Shown here: positions 27,502-37,669 of the stretch, one piece after another
Layout of the letters: each line of letters opens with the position of its first letter
Numbering within the stretch: position 1 is the first letter of the stretch
Source: a virus
Direction: 5' to 3' (one strand)
Length of the DNA stretch: 64,000 nt
IMG/VR virus record: IMGVR_UViG_3300048919_000175
Coordinates: 11,900-75,899 of that record
Translations under genes and position numbers: made by a program
Notes under the pieces: model-generated
What the model was told of the DNA's origin: nothing
The model's input: the letters and a program-made list of their open reading frames with translations, nothing else
Databases searched by the model: none

Positions 27502-28269
27502 ATGGGCGATATTGTTTACACGGCACTGCACAAGCTAGATTGGTCCAAGGTGCCTGCCAAGACTAAAGACCTTTATCTGAACAGAGCCGCCAAGTATTTC
27601 GTTGATGACGATGTGGTGCAAGTCATCACTCGTGGCGATGCATGGAAGTCCATCAAGGCTCTGGTCGACGCCAATCTGCTCAAGCTGCCGTTCAATCCGC
27701 TTATGATTGAATACAGTGCCACCGGCAAGTTCCGCTGGTTCATCGTCCTTGAAGACCTCGGTGACGAGTTCCGGGCGCAAGCAATCTTCCGTCACATGGA
27801 AACGGACGTGACCTATTACAGCTCGCGCGACGTGCGCGTTACGCTGACCAATACTCAATTTCAGTGCGACGGCGTGCGCACTGACCAAGACGCCAATGCG
27901 ATTGTCTGTGCCATTTGCATGGCACTGTTGTTCTTGAACACCAAGGGGATCGAGAAGCAGGTGCGTCAGCATGACGGCCTGAACAAGGCACGCGCCAAGA
28001 GGGGCAAGCCGACCGTTCAGCCTTATACGACAATTCGCATTGGCACCGTTTACGACCGCGACGGCAAGGGGACCAAGATAGCGGAAGGGACCGGGCGCAC
28101 TATGCCTGTTCATCTGCGCTCCGCGTATACTCGCGCTCAGCACTTCGGCCCCAACAATTCCGAAGTTAAGCAGGTCTACATTGAAGCCTGCATCGTTAAC
28201 TACCGGCCGGAAAGCGGGGCTGACATGCCATCGCTCGTCGCCAAGGTAGCACGCAAGGTGAAGATGTGA
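27502..28269 (+). CDS. Hypothetical protein
   Basis: 255-aa ORF with C-terminal PVHLRSAYTR motif. Confidence 0.65.
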   Translation: MGDIVYTALHKLDWSKVPAKTKDLYLNRAAKYFVDDDVVQVITRGDAWKSIKALVDANLLKLPFNPLMIEYSATGKFRWFIVLEDLGDEFRAQAIFRHMETDVTYYSSRDVRVTLTNTQFQCDGVRTDQDANAIVCAICMALLFLNTKGIEKQVRQHDGLNKARAKRGKPTVQPYTTIRIGTVYDRDGKGTKIAEGTGRTMPVHLRSAYTRAQHFGPNNSEVKQVYIEACIVNYRPESGADMPSLVAKVARKVKM

Positions 28270-29184
28270 ACTGGTTTAAAAGACTATTCGGGTTTGGTGT
28301 ACCTGACGTACCGACAAAATTCTGGCATGCGCCGGAAAACTACCGCTTGCCCGATCATTCCACCAAGGAGCATCCATGGTGCTTTCCGCCCGGCAGGCCG
28401 TATCAGGTGTACGATGGTCCGCATGGCGGCGTCAAGGGCAAGATGCAAGTGTGGACTTCCGAGCGGGAGCTGCCGGGCTATGATCTTATTGAAGACCATT
28501 ATTCAGATCGTCTGTATCATGTGTGGAGAGGGGAATGATCTACGACTACATCGAGCGAGCCTACGGCAAAAGGTTCTGGTCAGGGCAGCGCGTCAAATTC
28601 GAAGAGGCTCGCGATAAGCGCGACACCCTATCTCGTGAAGGCACGGTCAAGGACCCGGACCCGAGCTACGGGCTGCACTACGTCATGGTTCAATTCGACG
28701 GCGAGAAGTGGCCGTTGCCCTGCCATCCGGGATCACTAGTATGAGCGACAACTTTCTGATCAATGACCAAGAGCGGGTCAACAATATCTGCAGGATCGGC
28801 CAGCGTGAGAAATGCTGCCGCTACCTTGGGGCTGGCGCACAAGGCTTCGAGTGCTTCAAGCATCAGCCTGACCTGAAGCGGCAAGTTGATTGGCGCGCGG
28901 CCCACGGCACAATGACCGCCAGAGCTGACAACTGCGAAGGCGTGGTATGAACGAGTTCCGCACTGAGCAAGTAAAGCGTATCATGCGGCAATTCAGCAAG
29001 GATACATTCACAACGGAGCTGCGCCCGAACATGGCGCGCTACACAACGGACGACATAAACTTTGCTGAGCGTGCTGGCTATATCCAGCGGCACCCCGGCA
29101 TTCTTGGGTCACGCTGTTCATACTACCGGACTGCCAAGGGCGAGGCATTCTGGAAAGAAATGCGCCCAGATCAAGGAGAATGAA

Positions 29185-29823
29185 ATGGATTACAATATAG
29201 AGATCGACAAGTTCGCCGCCGCCATGAAGGAAGCCATGTACGAGGCCGACCAGAACGGCAAGTACGGTTGGGACGATCAGGAAGAGTTTCCGACTTCAAT
29301 GGCAACGCAGAGCTTCCTGCGCAACATCACCAAGGGCCGTCCGGTCGACGCCGCCAACTACCTGATGATGATCCATGCGCGCGGGCACGATCTGCAGGTT
29401 CACGTCGACGAGCAGGATACGGTCATGGCCCGTGGCCTCGCCATGCTGACCAAGTATTGCCATGAAGCCAGCTACAACGCGGGCTGGTGGCATGTCCGCC
29501 TGCCGGATGGCTCACAGGTAGACATGAAGAACTCTCCTGACCATCCGTTCTACCCGTACTTCATCGCTACCAAGATGATGCTCGGCGTCTCGGAAACTGC
29601 CGAAGGCATGGAAGGGTTCCGCAAGAGCTTGGCTGACGACAAGCTGCCGCAATTCACCATGGAGGAATGCGAGGCGGCGGATGAACTTATCCGTCTGTTT
29701 GACCGTTGCGGCGCTCGCGGCTACCGGATCATCGAGGCGTTCTTCGCCAAGACCTCGTTCAACACCGTGCGACCGGACCACAAGCCGGAAGCGCGGCAAG
29801 GCGTCGGCGGAAAGAAGTTCTGA
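29185..29823 (+). CDS. MazG-like NTP pyrophosphohydrolase, two-domain
   Basis: C-terminal SETAEGMEGFRK...ECEAADELIRLFD; N-terminal FAAAMKE...GW...PVDAANY domain. Confidence 0.7.
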   Translation: MDYNIEIDKFAAAMKEAMYEADQNGKYGWDDQEEFPTSMATQSFLRNITKGRPVDAANYLMMIHARGHDLQVHVDEQDTVMARGLAMLTKYCHEASYNAGWWHVRLPDGSQVDMKNSPDHPFYPYFIATKMMLGVSETAEGMEGFRKSLADDKLPQFTMEECEAADELIRLFDRCGARGYRIIEAFFAKTSFNTVRPDHKPEARQGVGGKKF

Positions 29824-30248
29824 TGGACATTACCTTCCCGACGCAAGACGAGGAGGAAGGGTTCCATGCAGAGCTCACCTACCATCGCGACAACATCATT
29901 ATCCTACGCAACAAGGCGTTGATGCAGAACAACTTTGAATGGGCTGTCGCGCTCAGTCATACGATAGCGTTCCTGAGCGGCATGCAGAGGGCTCCGACCG
30001 AGCTGCCGCCGGACGACCCCAATTATAGCCCGTTCTCAATGGATGCGAACCATGACGGAGTTATTTCTGCCCTGCTTGGGGTCCGCACGGCGATCATCAA
30101 TGCCCCAAAGGATATTTTGACGGATACGTTCTGGATGCCAGAGATGCCCGAGGAATATGCCATGAAGGGCGCAACTGTGGTCGATTACATCGATCATTAT
30201 TTGCCGGAGAGCCTACGCCGGGCCGCTGAGGAAGCGCAGGAGACCTAG
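29823..30248 (+). CDS. Hypothetical protein
   Basis: Coupled ORF. Confidence 0.5.
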   Translation: MDITFPTQDEEEGFHAELTYHRDNIIILRNKALMQNNFEWAVALSHTIAFLSGMQRAPTELPPDDPNYSPFSMDANHDGVISALLGVRTAIINAPKDILTDTFWMPEMPEEYAMKGATVVDYIDHYLPESLRRAAEEAQET

Positions 30249-30267
30249 TAAAAGACCTTGCATTTTA
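30249..30267 (+). promoter_or_regulatory. 19-bp operator/promoter element (copy 2)
   Basis: TAAAAGACCTTGCATTTTA. Confidence 0.6.
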
Positions 30268-30309
30268 CTGCAAGAAATGCCATTGTGAAGCCGGTAAAAG
30301 GAAGGCAAT

Positions 30310-30618
30310 ATGGACACGAAAGCAAACGCTTATGCAGTTTTGGAACTGTGCCAGAATGATCCAAACTACAGCAATATGTCGCTGGACACGGACATTTCCC
30401 GGCACATCCGGAACCACATGGGCATTGTTGATTGGCCTACTTGGCGACCGCTCTACGAGCATATCGGCTTCACAGATGAGCAGGGCCGCGAGCTGTGGTA
30501 TCTGCTAGACGATGAGGAGCTTTCCAAGGAGAACGCGCTGTTCCAGTTCGAACGAATGATCGAACAGCAGCACGGTACTCTTGAAGGCATGTTCCCTGTT
30601 GCAAGGAGACTTCTGTGA
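30310..30618 (+). CDS. Hypothetical protein
   Basis: ORF after the promoter, AGGAAGG RBS. Confidence 0.55.
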   Translation: MDTKANAYAVLELCQNDPNYSNMSLDTDISRHIRNHMGIVDWPTWRPLYEHIGFTDEQGRELWYLLDDEELSKENALFQFERMIEQQHGTLEGMFPVARRLL

Positions 30619-30944
30619 GCAAGGGTGGCGTTAAGCCGATCTATAAAAAGCCCTTTGATAGGCAGACTATTACCCGCGTACTGACTTGTCGGAACAAGGG
30701 AATGCAGCCCAAGGAGATCGCATACGAGCTTAACCTAAAGCAGCATGCGGTCTATCAAATCTTGAAGGACGCGGGCCGACCGGCCTCTGGCCGTGGTGCC
30801 AAGCTGGTTGACCGTATCAACGCAAGGCTCGACGCCGATTGCGCAGAGCGCGTTCGCCAGTATTGCGCGCGCGAGAACAAATCAATAACCGTGGCTCTGA
30901 ACGATTTCATCAGAGCTGCCCCCAAAGAGGTCATGCGAGCATGA
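30615..30944 (+). CDS. HTH DNA-binding protein (possible C-terminal ribbon-helix-helix)
   Basis: GMQPKEIAYELNLKQHAVYQIL. Confidence 0.65.
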   Translation: MSKGGVKPIYKKPFDRQTITRVLTCRNKGMQPKEIAYELNLKQHAVYQILKDAGRPASGRGAKLVDRINARLDADCAERVRQYCARENKSITVALNDFIRAAPKEVMRA

Positions 30945-31092
30945 TGATCGCTATCTTCAACAACTTGCCCGAGATGCTCCTTGGGATTGTCTATACCTAC
31001 ACGGTCTTCCGTGTGGGCCGCTGGTCAGCAAATCGCTGGCCTTCTAAGAAAACCGTAGCTTGACCGGTTAAGTCAAGGAATTCAACAGGAGA

Positions 31093-31572
31093 ATGAATAT
31101 GTTTGGTTTTGGTAAGAAGAAATCGATCCTTGGCGCGGCTGCATCGGCTGCCTTCAAGGAAATGAATGCCGGTCAGCAGGAGAACCTTGACTTCCTGGAA
31201 GCCGCTGCTTCTGGCACGGCACTGGTCGCTACGGTCGACGGCAATGCTGACAGCGCCGAGCGCAACAAGGCGATCTCGGTGATCACCAAGAACAAGATAC
31301 TCGGCCCGATCTTCAGCCAGCAGCAGGTCGAGGGCATGGTCAATGCCTACATCGACAAGGCTTCCGACAGCGCCGGTAAGAACGAACTGGTCAACGAGCT
31401 CAAGGACCTGAAGAACCACGAGAAGGGCGGCGAGTACGCCAAGCAGGTCTATCTGATGGCGAAGGACGTTGCCAATGCCGACGGCGGTATCGGCGACCGT
31501 GAGCAGAAGGCGCTGGACATCCTCGCCGGTATCCTCGGCGTCAATCCGCAGGACTTCGCGTTCGACTTCTGA
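31093..31572 (+). CDS. TerB-like (tellurite resistance family) protein
   Basis: LEAAASGTALVATVDG.ADSAER...VANADGGIG..EQ.AL..LA..LGV. Confidence 0.8.
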   Translation: MNMFGFGKKKSILGAAASAAFKEMNAGQQENLDFLEAAASGTALVATVDGNADSAERNKAISVITKNKILGPIFSQQQVEGMVNAYIDKASDSAGKNELVNELKDLKNHEKGGEYAKQVYLMAKDVANADGGIGDREQKALDILAGILGVNPQDFAFDF

Positions 31573-31626
31573 TCCGCAACACTAACTGACCTTGGGGCGC
31601 AATCCCCAAGGTCTAGGGAGAACAGC

Positions 31627-31896
31627 ATGCCACCTGAAGACATCGTGGAACGTCCGGTCAAGTCGCTGAACGAAATCAATACAGCCTGCACGGCAGCGGT
31701 CGACAAGACCGTCGAAACCGCAAAGGCTGGTATGATCCAGTTCGTTACGGACGTCAAGGAAATTTGCCTTGATCTGGAACGCCTGCCAGAGGCCGAAAAG
31801 AAGGCTGGTTGGGCAATCTTGACCATGGCTTTCGCTCGCTTCAGTCGGGAGCAGGACGAACTTAACAAGATCGCCGAAGCCGAGTTCAACAAATGA
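31627..31896 (+). CDS. Hypothetical protein
   Basis: GGAG RBS. Confidence 0.5.
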   Translation: MPPEDIVERPVKSLNEINTACTAAVDKTVETAKAGMIQFVTDVKEICLDLERLPEAEKKAGWAILTMAFARFSREQDELNKIAEAEFNK

Positions 31897-32031
31897 TGAA
31901 GAAACGAGCGGAATATTGGTGCACGCTTTGCGGCATGACATTCCGCTCGTACGGAGCAGAGGCGCGGCATCGGCACAACGCGCCTCTGCTCTGCAAGACA
32001 AATAAGAAAAAGCTGCCGAAGGAGAATAAAG

Positions 32032-32334
32032 ATGGCAACGTGCATAAAGACCGGGGCTCAGATTTATCTTAGCCAGTATGGAGCATATGTCTATGGCGAT
32101 CTTCATCAAGTTTCCGAGGACGTATTCGTCATGCGCACCAGCGGGCCACGACGGTTCGAGCCGTTCAACGGCAGTAATATTGTCCATGGGCTCGTCGCCG
32201 ATATCTACGAGTGGTGGGAAGAAAGCGCTTACCCTGCCACCTATGGCACGCTCATTATCACGCAGATGCAATACCTTGGCTACGAAGGCGTTGAGCTTGT
32301 TCCGGCCAAACCCCATTCTCCAAGTCCAGCATGA
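32032..32334 (+). CDS. Hypothetical protein
   Basis: AAGGAG RBS. Confidence 0.5.
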   Translation: MATCIKTGAQIYLSQYGAYVYGDLHQVSEDVFVMRTSGPRRFEPFNGSNIVHGLVADIYEWWEESAYPATYGTLIITQMQYLGYEGVELVPAKPHSPSPA

Positions 32335-32575
32335 GCGCGCCCGTAGGCAGCGCCAGCCCGGCGCGGTAGTGTATTGCTCAACCGGAGTAATAGTAGAATG
32401 CCATCCTGGAGCCAGTCATTCCGAATTTGGCGACGACGCAACTATTCTGAGGTCGGTTGCCTCACTGTCTTTGCTTGGATTTTCGTAATATTCTTTGTCG
32501 TCATGGTCGGTGCTTGCGTTTTCGATCCCTACCGCAAGCCAGATATCACACATGTAGGGAAACACGAGGAATGAA

Positions 32576-32872
32576 ATGGGCTTCTTTCAGCAGGTTGAGG
32601 GCGTGGCGTGCGTTTTATCACAGAACGGCGGCTTCACACAAAACGATATCTACAAGCGGGACGGATATCTTTACGCTAAGTCTGGCAATGTCTTTATTCG
32701 TCTGAACCGCGACGGCTCAACGACCAAGCCAAAGGTCCGCCTGGACCATATGACTTTTGACGATGAGCTTTACAGTGACGCCATGGGCCGATTGTGCACG
32801 GCAGAAGTCAAGACAGCCAAGCCGCTCGATCACAAAGTGGCCAATCAGCTGTTGCTTGGGGTCGATGCATGA
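32576..32872 (+). CDS. Hypothetical protein
   Basis: GAGG RBS. Confidence 0.5.
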   Translation: MGFFQQVEGVACVLSQNGGFTQNDIYKRDGYLYAKSGNVFIRLNRDGSTTKPKVRLDHMTFDDELYSDAMGRLCTAEVKTAKPLDHKVANQLLLGVDA

Positions 32873-33666
32873 AAGAGACCGGTTACGTCAACGTCAGGGA
32901 GATGTTCCGGCAAGCAGACGAAATTGACCTTTACGAAGGCAGGCTCGCTTATTCCAGATACCGGGAGATGATGGCCCGGTTCGCCGCCGAATACAGCCAC
33001 GACATTAGGGAAGTGACCGCCGCCTTTGTGGCGCTGTCGCCTAACAATGATTACCTTGGCAATCTGCGCTCGCTGAAGACCTTGCTGGAAGCTGACCGGC
33101 AGGGCATACCAGTTGAGCATGCTTCTGTGTCGACCTATATTGCATGTCGGACCAGAGCCTGGAAATATCTGCAGAAGGCTGACGATTTTCTGCTCACGGC
33201 CCGTGGCCCCAAGACGCGCGCCTTCTATCATAATATTCTGTGGCCGAACAATCCGGATTACGTCACCATTGACGGCCACATGGTTGCCATCTTCATGAAT
33301 AATGAGGGCACCATGAAAGAAAACATCATCAAGAATGAGACGATGTACAACCGTGTCGCAGCCGCCGTAAAGCGTTGCGCCCGTATCAATTCTATGCTGC
33401 CGAACCAGATGCAGGCGACCTTGTGGTACACCCGCAAGCGACTTCTGCGCGTGAAGTTCGAGGCACAGTTCCAGTTGTTCGGCGACCCAACCGATCGTTG
33501 GGGTGCGTCCATGGACATTAATGAAATTAAGCCTTACGAATTCAAGGCCAAGAAAAAGAGCGAGGTCGCACTCGCCAAAGAAAGAATAGATCAAGAACAG
33601 GAGAAAATGCATGAGCTACGGCAGCAAAGAGGAGAGGCTGAATGGCATCGCGAAAGCGCTCTATGA
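32869..33666 (+). CDS. DUF7178-like protein (HhH DNA-glycosylase-like fold)
   Basis: AALSP-like FVALSP, GPKTRAFYHNI, VTIDGHM, PNQMQATLW. Confidence 0.55.
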   Translation: MKETGYVNVREMFRQADEIDLYEGRLAYSRYREMMARFAAEYSHDIREVTAAFVALSPNNDYLGNLRSLKTLLEADRQGIPVEHASVSTYIACRTRAWKYLQKADDFLLTARGPKTRAFYHNILWPNNPDYVTIDGHMVAIFMNNEGTMKENIIKNETMYNRVAAAVKRCARINSMLPNQMQATLWYTRKRLLRVKFEAQFQLFGDPTDRWGASMDINEIKPYEFKAKKKSEVALAKERIDQEQEKMHELRQQRGEAEWHRESAL

Positions 33667-34039
33667 GTACCGGCCGATCATCGAGCAGGAAATCGATACG
33701 CTGGATGGATCGCCGAAAGGTCCAGCCGTCACAATTTCTTGGGAGGAAGTCACGAGTGACTATCCTGCCACGTACGAAGCCATTATCGAAATGGCAACAG
33801 TCGCAGCCAAGTATCTCGATAATGGAGGAAGCCTTCCGCATAACGCCTATACCGGAATTGGTAGCGAGAATATTAAGCAGGGCAGCAAAGTCATCAAGTA
33901 CGAGCTCGGCGCGTACACGGGCAAAGTCGACGAGCTCTACGAAGTCGACGGCAAAACCCTCGCGTCGATCGTCTGGGACGAAGGCTGCGTCACGGACGAC
34001 ATCGAAGTAACCGATCTCGTTCTTGCGGAGGAGGGCTGA
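33611..34039 (+). CDS. Hypothetical protein
   Basis: GGAG RBS. Confidence 0.5.
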   Translation: MSYGSKEERLNGIAKALYEYRPIIEQEIDTLDGSPKGPAVTISWEEVTSDYPATYEAIIEMATVAAKYLDNGGSLPHNAYTGIGSENIKQGSKVIKYELGAYTGKVDELYEVDGKTLASIVWDEGCVTDDIEVTDLVLAEEG

Positions 34040-34040
34040 C

Positions 34041-34544
34041 ATGGCGCTGCTAGCATATATTGAAATAGACTACTACACTGCACAGCGCCACAAAATCGCA
34101 GCTATGGACCGGGAGACCTATGAGCGAGTGCGCCAAGACATTCCTGCGCTGAACCTTTCAGAATGGCAGGAAGGCAAGAACGAAGCGCCTACGTGGTATG
34201 GCATCGGCAGCAACGCCATGATTGATCTTGAGACCGACGGCAAGGTTATTGCCGAGTTAGGGATTGACTTCAAGGTCAAGCGTTTCAAGGGCGCTTATTT
34301 CGCCGGTCAGCCGGTCGGCAGATATCAAACCGAGATCAAGGGCAGCGCTGAGATGAACGTCGGCACGCTCATTCAAGTGTCAATCCCAGATCTTGCGTTG
34401 CTACATATCACCGAGGTCAAGGTCCTGGAAGATTGCTGCACGGACAGTCTGAACGACGAGCTGGAGGCTGGCTGGCGGATCATCGCAGTTTGCCCGCCGA
34501 ACTCGCAACGTCGGCCGGATTACGTGTTGGGGCGGCGCACGTGA
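34041..34544 (+). CDS. Hypothetical protein
   Basis: C-terminal DCCTD.L..EL..GWRIIAVCP...RRPDYVLGR motif. Confidence 0.6.
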   Translation: MALLAYIEIDYYTAQRHKIAAMDRETYERVRQDIPALNLSEWQEGKNEAPTWYGIGSNAMIDLETDGKVIAELGIDFKVKRFKGAYFAGQPVGRYQTEIKGSAEMNVGTLIQVSIPDLALLHITEVKVLEDCCTDSLNDELEAGWRIIAVCPPNSQRRPDYVLGRRT

Positions 34545-34810
34545 TCTATGAATGTTTCTTGGTCGCTGCCGCAATCTCGATCCTTGTGGGACTTGCCTGA
34601 TGGATATCGAAGACCTCAAGACGGAGAATATCCGTTTACGAAAAGCTCTCACCTTGGCCGAGCTGAGCAACGGCGGGTTGCTGGCCAAGGTGCGGGCGCT
34701 GGAGCATCGCTCCAAGAGGCGCATGAAGACGATAAACGATCTTAAGCGCAAATATCAACAGGCCAAGAAAGATTTGCTCTTGGTCAAAGCATTATGGGAC
34801 GGCGGAAGTC

Positions 34811-35449
34811 ATGAACAGAAATAGACCTACGATCTACATCGCCAGCAAGGCGCACCACGGGGCGAAGTGGAAGGAGCTGATCGATCATTGGGAGCGCTCC
34901 GAACACGAGTATAAGCCGCAGTTCATCATGACGTGGATACACGAAAGCGAGCCCGGCGAAACGTCAGACTGGACAAGGCTCTGGTCCGGTTGCATCTATG
35001 AAGCCGGTGCAGCCGATTACTTCATCGCCTACTTCGAGGAAGGCGAAACTCACTCTGGTCTGTTCGTCGAGCTCGGCGCAGCGCTGGCCGAAGGCAGACA
35101 GGTCTACGCCGTCAATATGCCGAACTACAAGATCGGCAAATACGCCATGATCAATCACGTCCAGGACATGGGCCAAGCCGTCGGCGCAATCCTCGGGGAT
35201 TGGCGCACTCGCATAATGACCGCAGACCCTGTCACGCGGTTCAGTCTTACGGTGTCGATCCCCAACGAGGAGTTGCCGCCCGTGCCGATCTGCCAGAAGC
35301 TGATCAACTTTGCGGAACGCTCCCTGCGCGCTGAGCTGATCGCAACGGCGCTGAAGTATAAGCTGGAAGCCGTGACCCAAGTCCAGACGCAGCTCGGCAA
35401 TGAATACGCGACCATTCAGGCTAACCTGAGCGCCGCTGCCGAAACCTGA
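34811..35449 (+). CDS. Second nucleoside 2-deoxyribosyltransferase-like protein
   Basis: IYIAS...G..VELGAALA.G..VY. Confidence 0.55.
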   Translation: MNRNRPTIYIASKAHHGAKWKELIDHWERSEHEYKPQFIMTWIHESEPGETSDWTRLWSGCIYEAGAADYFIAYFEEGETHSGLFVELGAALAEGRQVYAVNMPNYKIGKYAMINHVQDMGQAVGAILGDWRTRIMTADPVTRFSLTVSIPNEELPPVPICQKLINFAERSLRAELIATALKYKLEAVTQVQTQLGNEYATIQANLSAAAET

Positions 35450-35464
35450 ATTTCTGCAAAATAA

Positions 35465-35520
35465 AATGGCCGGTCCGATTTTGTCGATAGACAATGGCCG
35501 GTCTGATTTTGCCGATAGAC
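35465..35520 (+). repeat. Tandem 28-bp direct repeat (2 copies, 2 mismatches)
   Basis: AATGGCCGGTCYGATTTTGYCGATAGAC x2. Confidence 0.9.
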
Positions 35521-35841
35521 GAATTAGTAACGCAAGAAAGGCAGGTGATTAATTTTGGTGACACGGTCATATGCTACTCCCATATGACCAAGATGTTCAA
35601 GCCGCTTTGCTAGGCCCGTCGATCTGCGTTGCAACGCCCTTGGTCTCGTTCCTTGGGTAACGTCCGGTCGGCGGGCTTTATCGTTTAACGCCTTATATCT
35701 ACCCAGCGCTTTTGGACAACGCGCGCGACCAGCCCCAGCCCCTGCCGCCCGCCGAGTGCCCGCGCCGCAGCCGCGCCCTCGCGCCACGCGCGCTCGCGAG
35801 GGGCAGAACCGCTAAAGTTTTATTAAACATTTATGCACATT

Positions 35842-35877
35842 TTAATCAATTTTTAATAAAGTTTAACGAAAAATTAA
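35842..35877. promoter_or_regulatory. Two TTAA-N7-TTAA CtrA-like boxes in an AT-rich tract
   Basis: 35842-35856 and 35863-35877. Confidence 0.55.
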
Positions 35878-36181
35878 AACAAATTATCATCAAATTTTAA
35901 TTAAATGCCGGATAAATTTTAGATTGATTTTATTAAAAGTTTCATAAAACTGTAATCATCGCTCTCACGTATATATAGAGTGTAGCGCCGACCGGCTGCC
36001 TTAAGGGCAATAGCCCAAACGGGCTAGGAGGAAAGTTATTTGCTAATGAAAACAATGGCTTAGAGATTTTATTGCGAAAGGCTGCATTTTTCGTTTGCAT
36101 TGTCTCGAGGAACGTTTATAAGAGAATTCATCGGCGGCAACCAAGCACGCCGCTTAGTTCAACCCAACTGGAGTAATCGGC

Positions 36182-37093
36182 ATGACCAACACTGAAACCG
36201 CTGCAAACAACGAAGCCAACACCGACGTCGCCAAGACGGAAGTTGTTCCGGCATACTACATGACGTTCGACGGCAAGGAGCTGCGTGCTACCCTCGACCG
36301 TGCTTCGTTCGACGAAAAGTTCCCGGGCGTCGAGCCCATTACGACCCTTCAGGGTATCATCGACAGCGACGCCATTCCGCTCGCCGCCATCGTTGCATCC
36401 TACAACAAGATTTCGGCCAAGAAGACCAGCGGCTTCAAGGACCGCAAGCTCGGCGCAACGGCGCTGGATGGCGTCCTCCGCGAAGCCGCAAAGCAGATGG
36501 CCAATGCACCGAAGGAAGCTTCGGAAAAGGAAAAGCTGGCCAGCGCCCTCAAGCCGAAGAAGGCTGCCAAGGAAAAGTCCGGCGGCACCAAGTCCGGCGA
36601 AGGTCGCTCGTCCCCGCTCTCCGGCAAGTTCTGGGCGCGGTCCGGCAACGCAATCAAGGGTCGCCGTCTCGACGGCTCTGGCGTCGGTATCAAGGCGTTG
36701 CAGTACATCATCGCAAACCCCGGTTGCTCGACCGAGGACTACATTGCCAACTCCGGCGGCGGTCGCTTCGTTGACCTCCAGTACGATCTGGAATACAGCA
36801 ACATCGTATTCCTGACCGGTGCTACCCCGGAAGAGCGTGCCGCCGAAATCGCCAAGCTCGACGAGGCCCGCGTCGGTGCCGAAGCCAAGGCTCAGGCCGA
36901 CAAGGAAGCCAAGGAAAAGGAAGCCGCCGACAAGAAGGCCAAGGCCGAAGCCGACAAGAAGGCCAAGGCCGAAGCCAAGCAGAAGGAGCTCGCCGACAAG
37001 AAGGCTGCTGCCGACAAGGCCAAGGCCGACGAAAAGGCTGCTGCCGAAGCCAAGACCAAGGCCGAAGCGGAAGCCAAGACCGAAACCAAGTAA
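36182..37093 (+). CDS. Protein with Ala/Lys/Glu-rich (TolA/histone-H1-like) C-terminal repeats
   Basis: Own promoter (TTGCAT 36095, TATAAG 36117), GGAG RBS, strong codon bias, ADKKAKAE repeats. Confidence 0.75.
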   Translation: MTNTETAANNEANTDVAKTEVVPAYYMTFDGKELRATLDRASFDEKFPGVEPITTLQGIIDSDAIPLAAIVASYNKISAKKTSGFKDRKLGATALDGVLREAAKQMANAPKEASEKEKLASALKPKKAAKEKSGGTKSGEGRSSPLSGKFWARSGNAIKGRRLDGSGVGIKALQYIIANPGCSTEDYIANSGGGRFVDLQYDLEYSNIVFLTGATPEERAAEIAKLDEARVGAEAKAQADKEAKEKEAADKKAKAEADKKAKAEAKQKELADKKAAADKAKADEKAAAEAKTKAEAEAKTETK

Positions 37094-37108
37094 TTTCCAG
37101 CTTGCAGG

Positions 37109-37137
37109 AAGGCCCGGTTAACAGCCGGGCTTTTCTT
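37109..37137 (+). terminator. Rho-independent terminator
   Basis: GCCCGG-ttaacag-CCGGGC-TTTT. Confidence 0.8.
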
Positions 37138-37143
37138 GGCTTG

Positions 37144-37162
37144 TAAAATACCTTGTATTTTA
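37144..37162 (+). promoter_or_regulatory. 19-bp operator element (copy 3, perfect inverted arms)
   Basis: TAAAATAC-CTT-GTATTTTA. Confidence 0.65.
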
Positions 37163-37548
37163 GTAGGCTGGCGGCAGTCCATAGGAGAGAAACTTGGAAA
37201 ACGAAAAATCGTATAAGATGCTCGGCGTATGCCAAGAGCTCAGCCCTACCGGCGCGGCGCAAGCCGGGTTCGCGCGGATGTACAACGCATTGCGGGCTGA
37301 CGGAATTTCAGAGGACGAGGTAATTAACCAGCTGATTTGTGCGCTGGCAGACGGAAGACTTTACGGCAATTGGCCGGGTGCAGCACAACCGGCCACGGGC
37401 AGCAGCAACAACTAGCCCGACGAGCCGTCCCCGCCCTAGAGACCGCCGTGGAGTGGCTTTAGGGCGGCTGGCTAGGGCAATATACCGGCCAGCCCTTGCC
37501 GCACGCCAGAGGGCAGCTCCGTGGCTTTCTGCACTGCATATGGAATTG

Positions 37549-37567
37549 TTAACTTGTCATTAACCAT
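37549..37567 (+). promoter_or_regulatory. CtrA box
   Basis: TTAA-CTTGTCA-TTAACCAT upstream of the DUF932 gene. Confidence 0.75.
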
Positions 37568-37669
37568 TCTGCATTTAGTTCCAGAAAGTGGCTTGCATTA
37601 TTGGACCGAACCATTATGTTGCTCTCATCGGCAACGGAACTGAGACGGTTCCAAAAAGGAGTAATGAAA

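Noticed and set aside
21790-29823. Z-genome (2-aminoadenine) system suggested by DatZ-like and MazG-like genes
   Set aside because: No PurZ/adenylosuccinate-synthetase homolog in the window.
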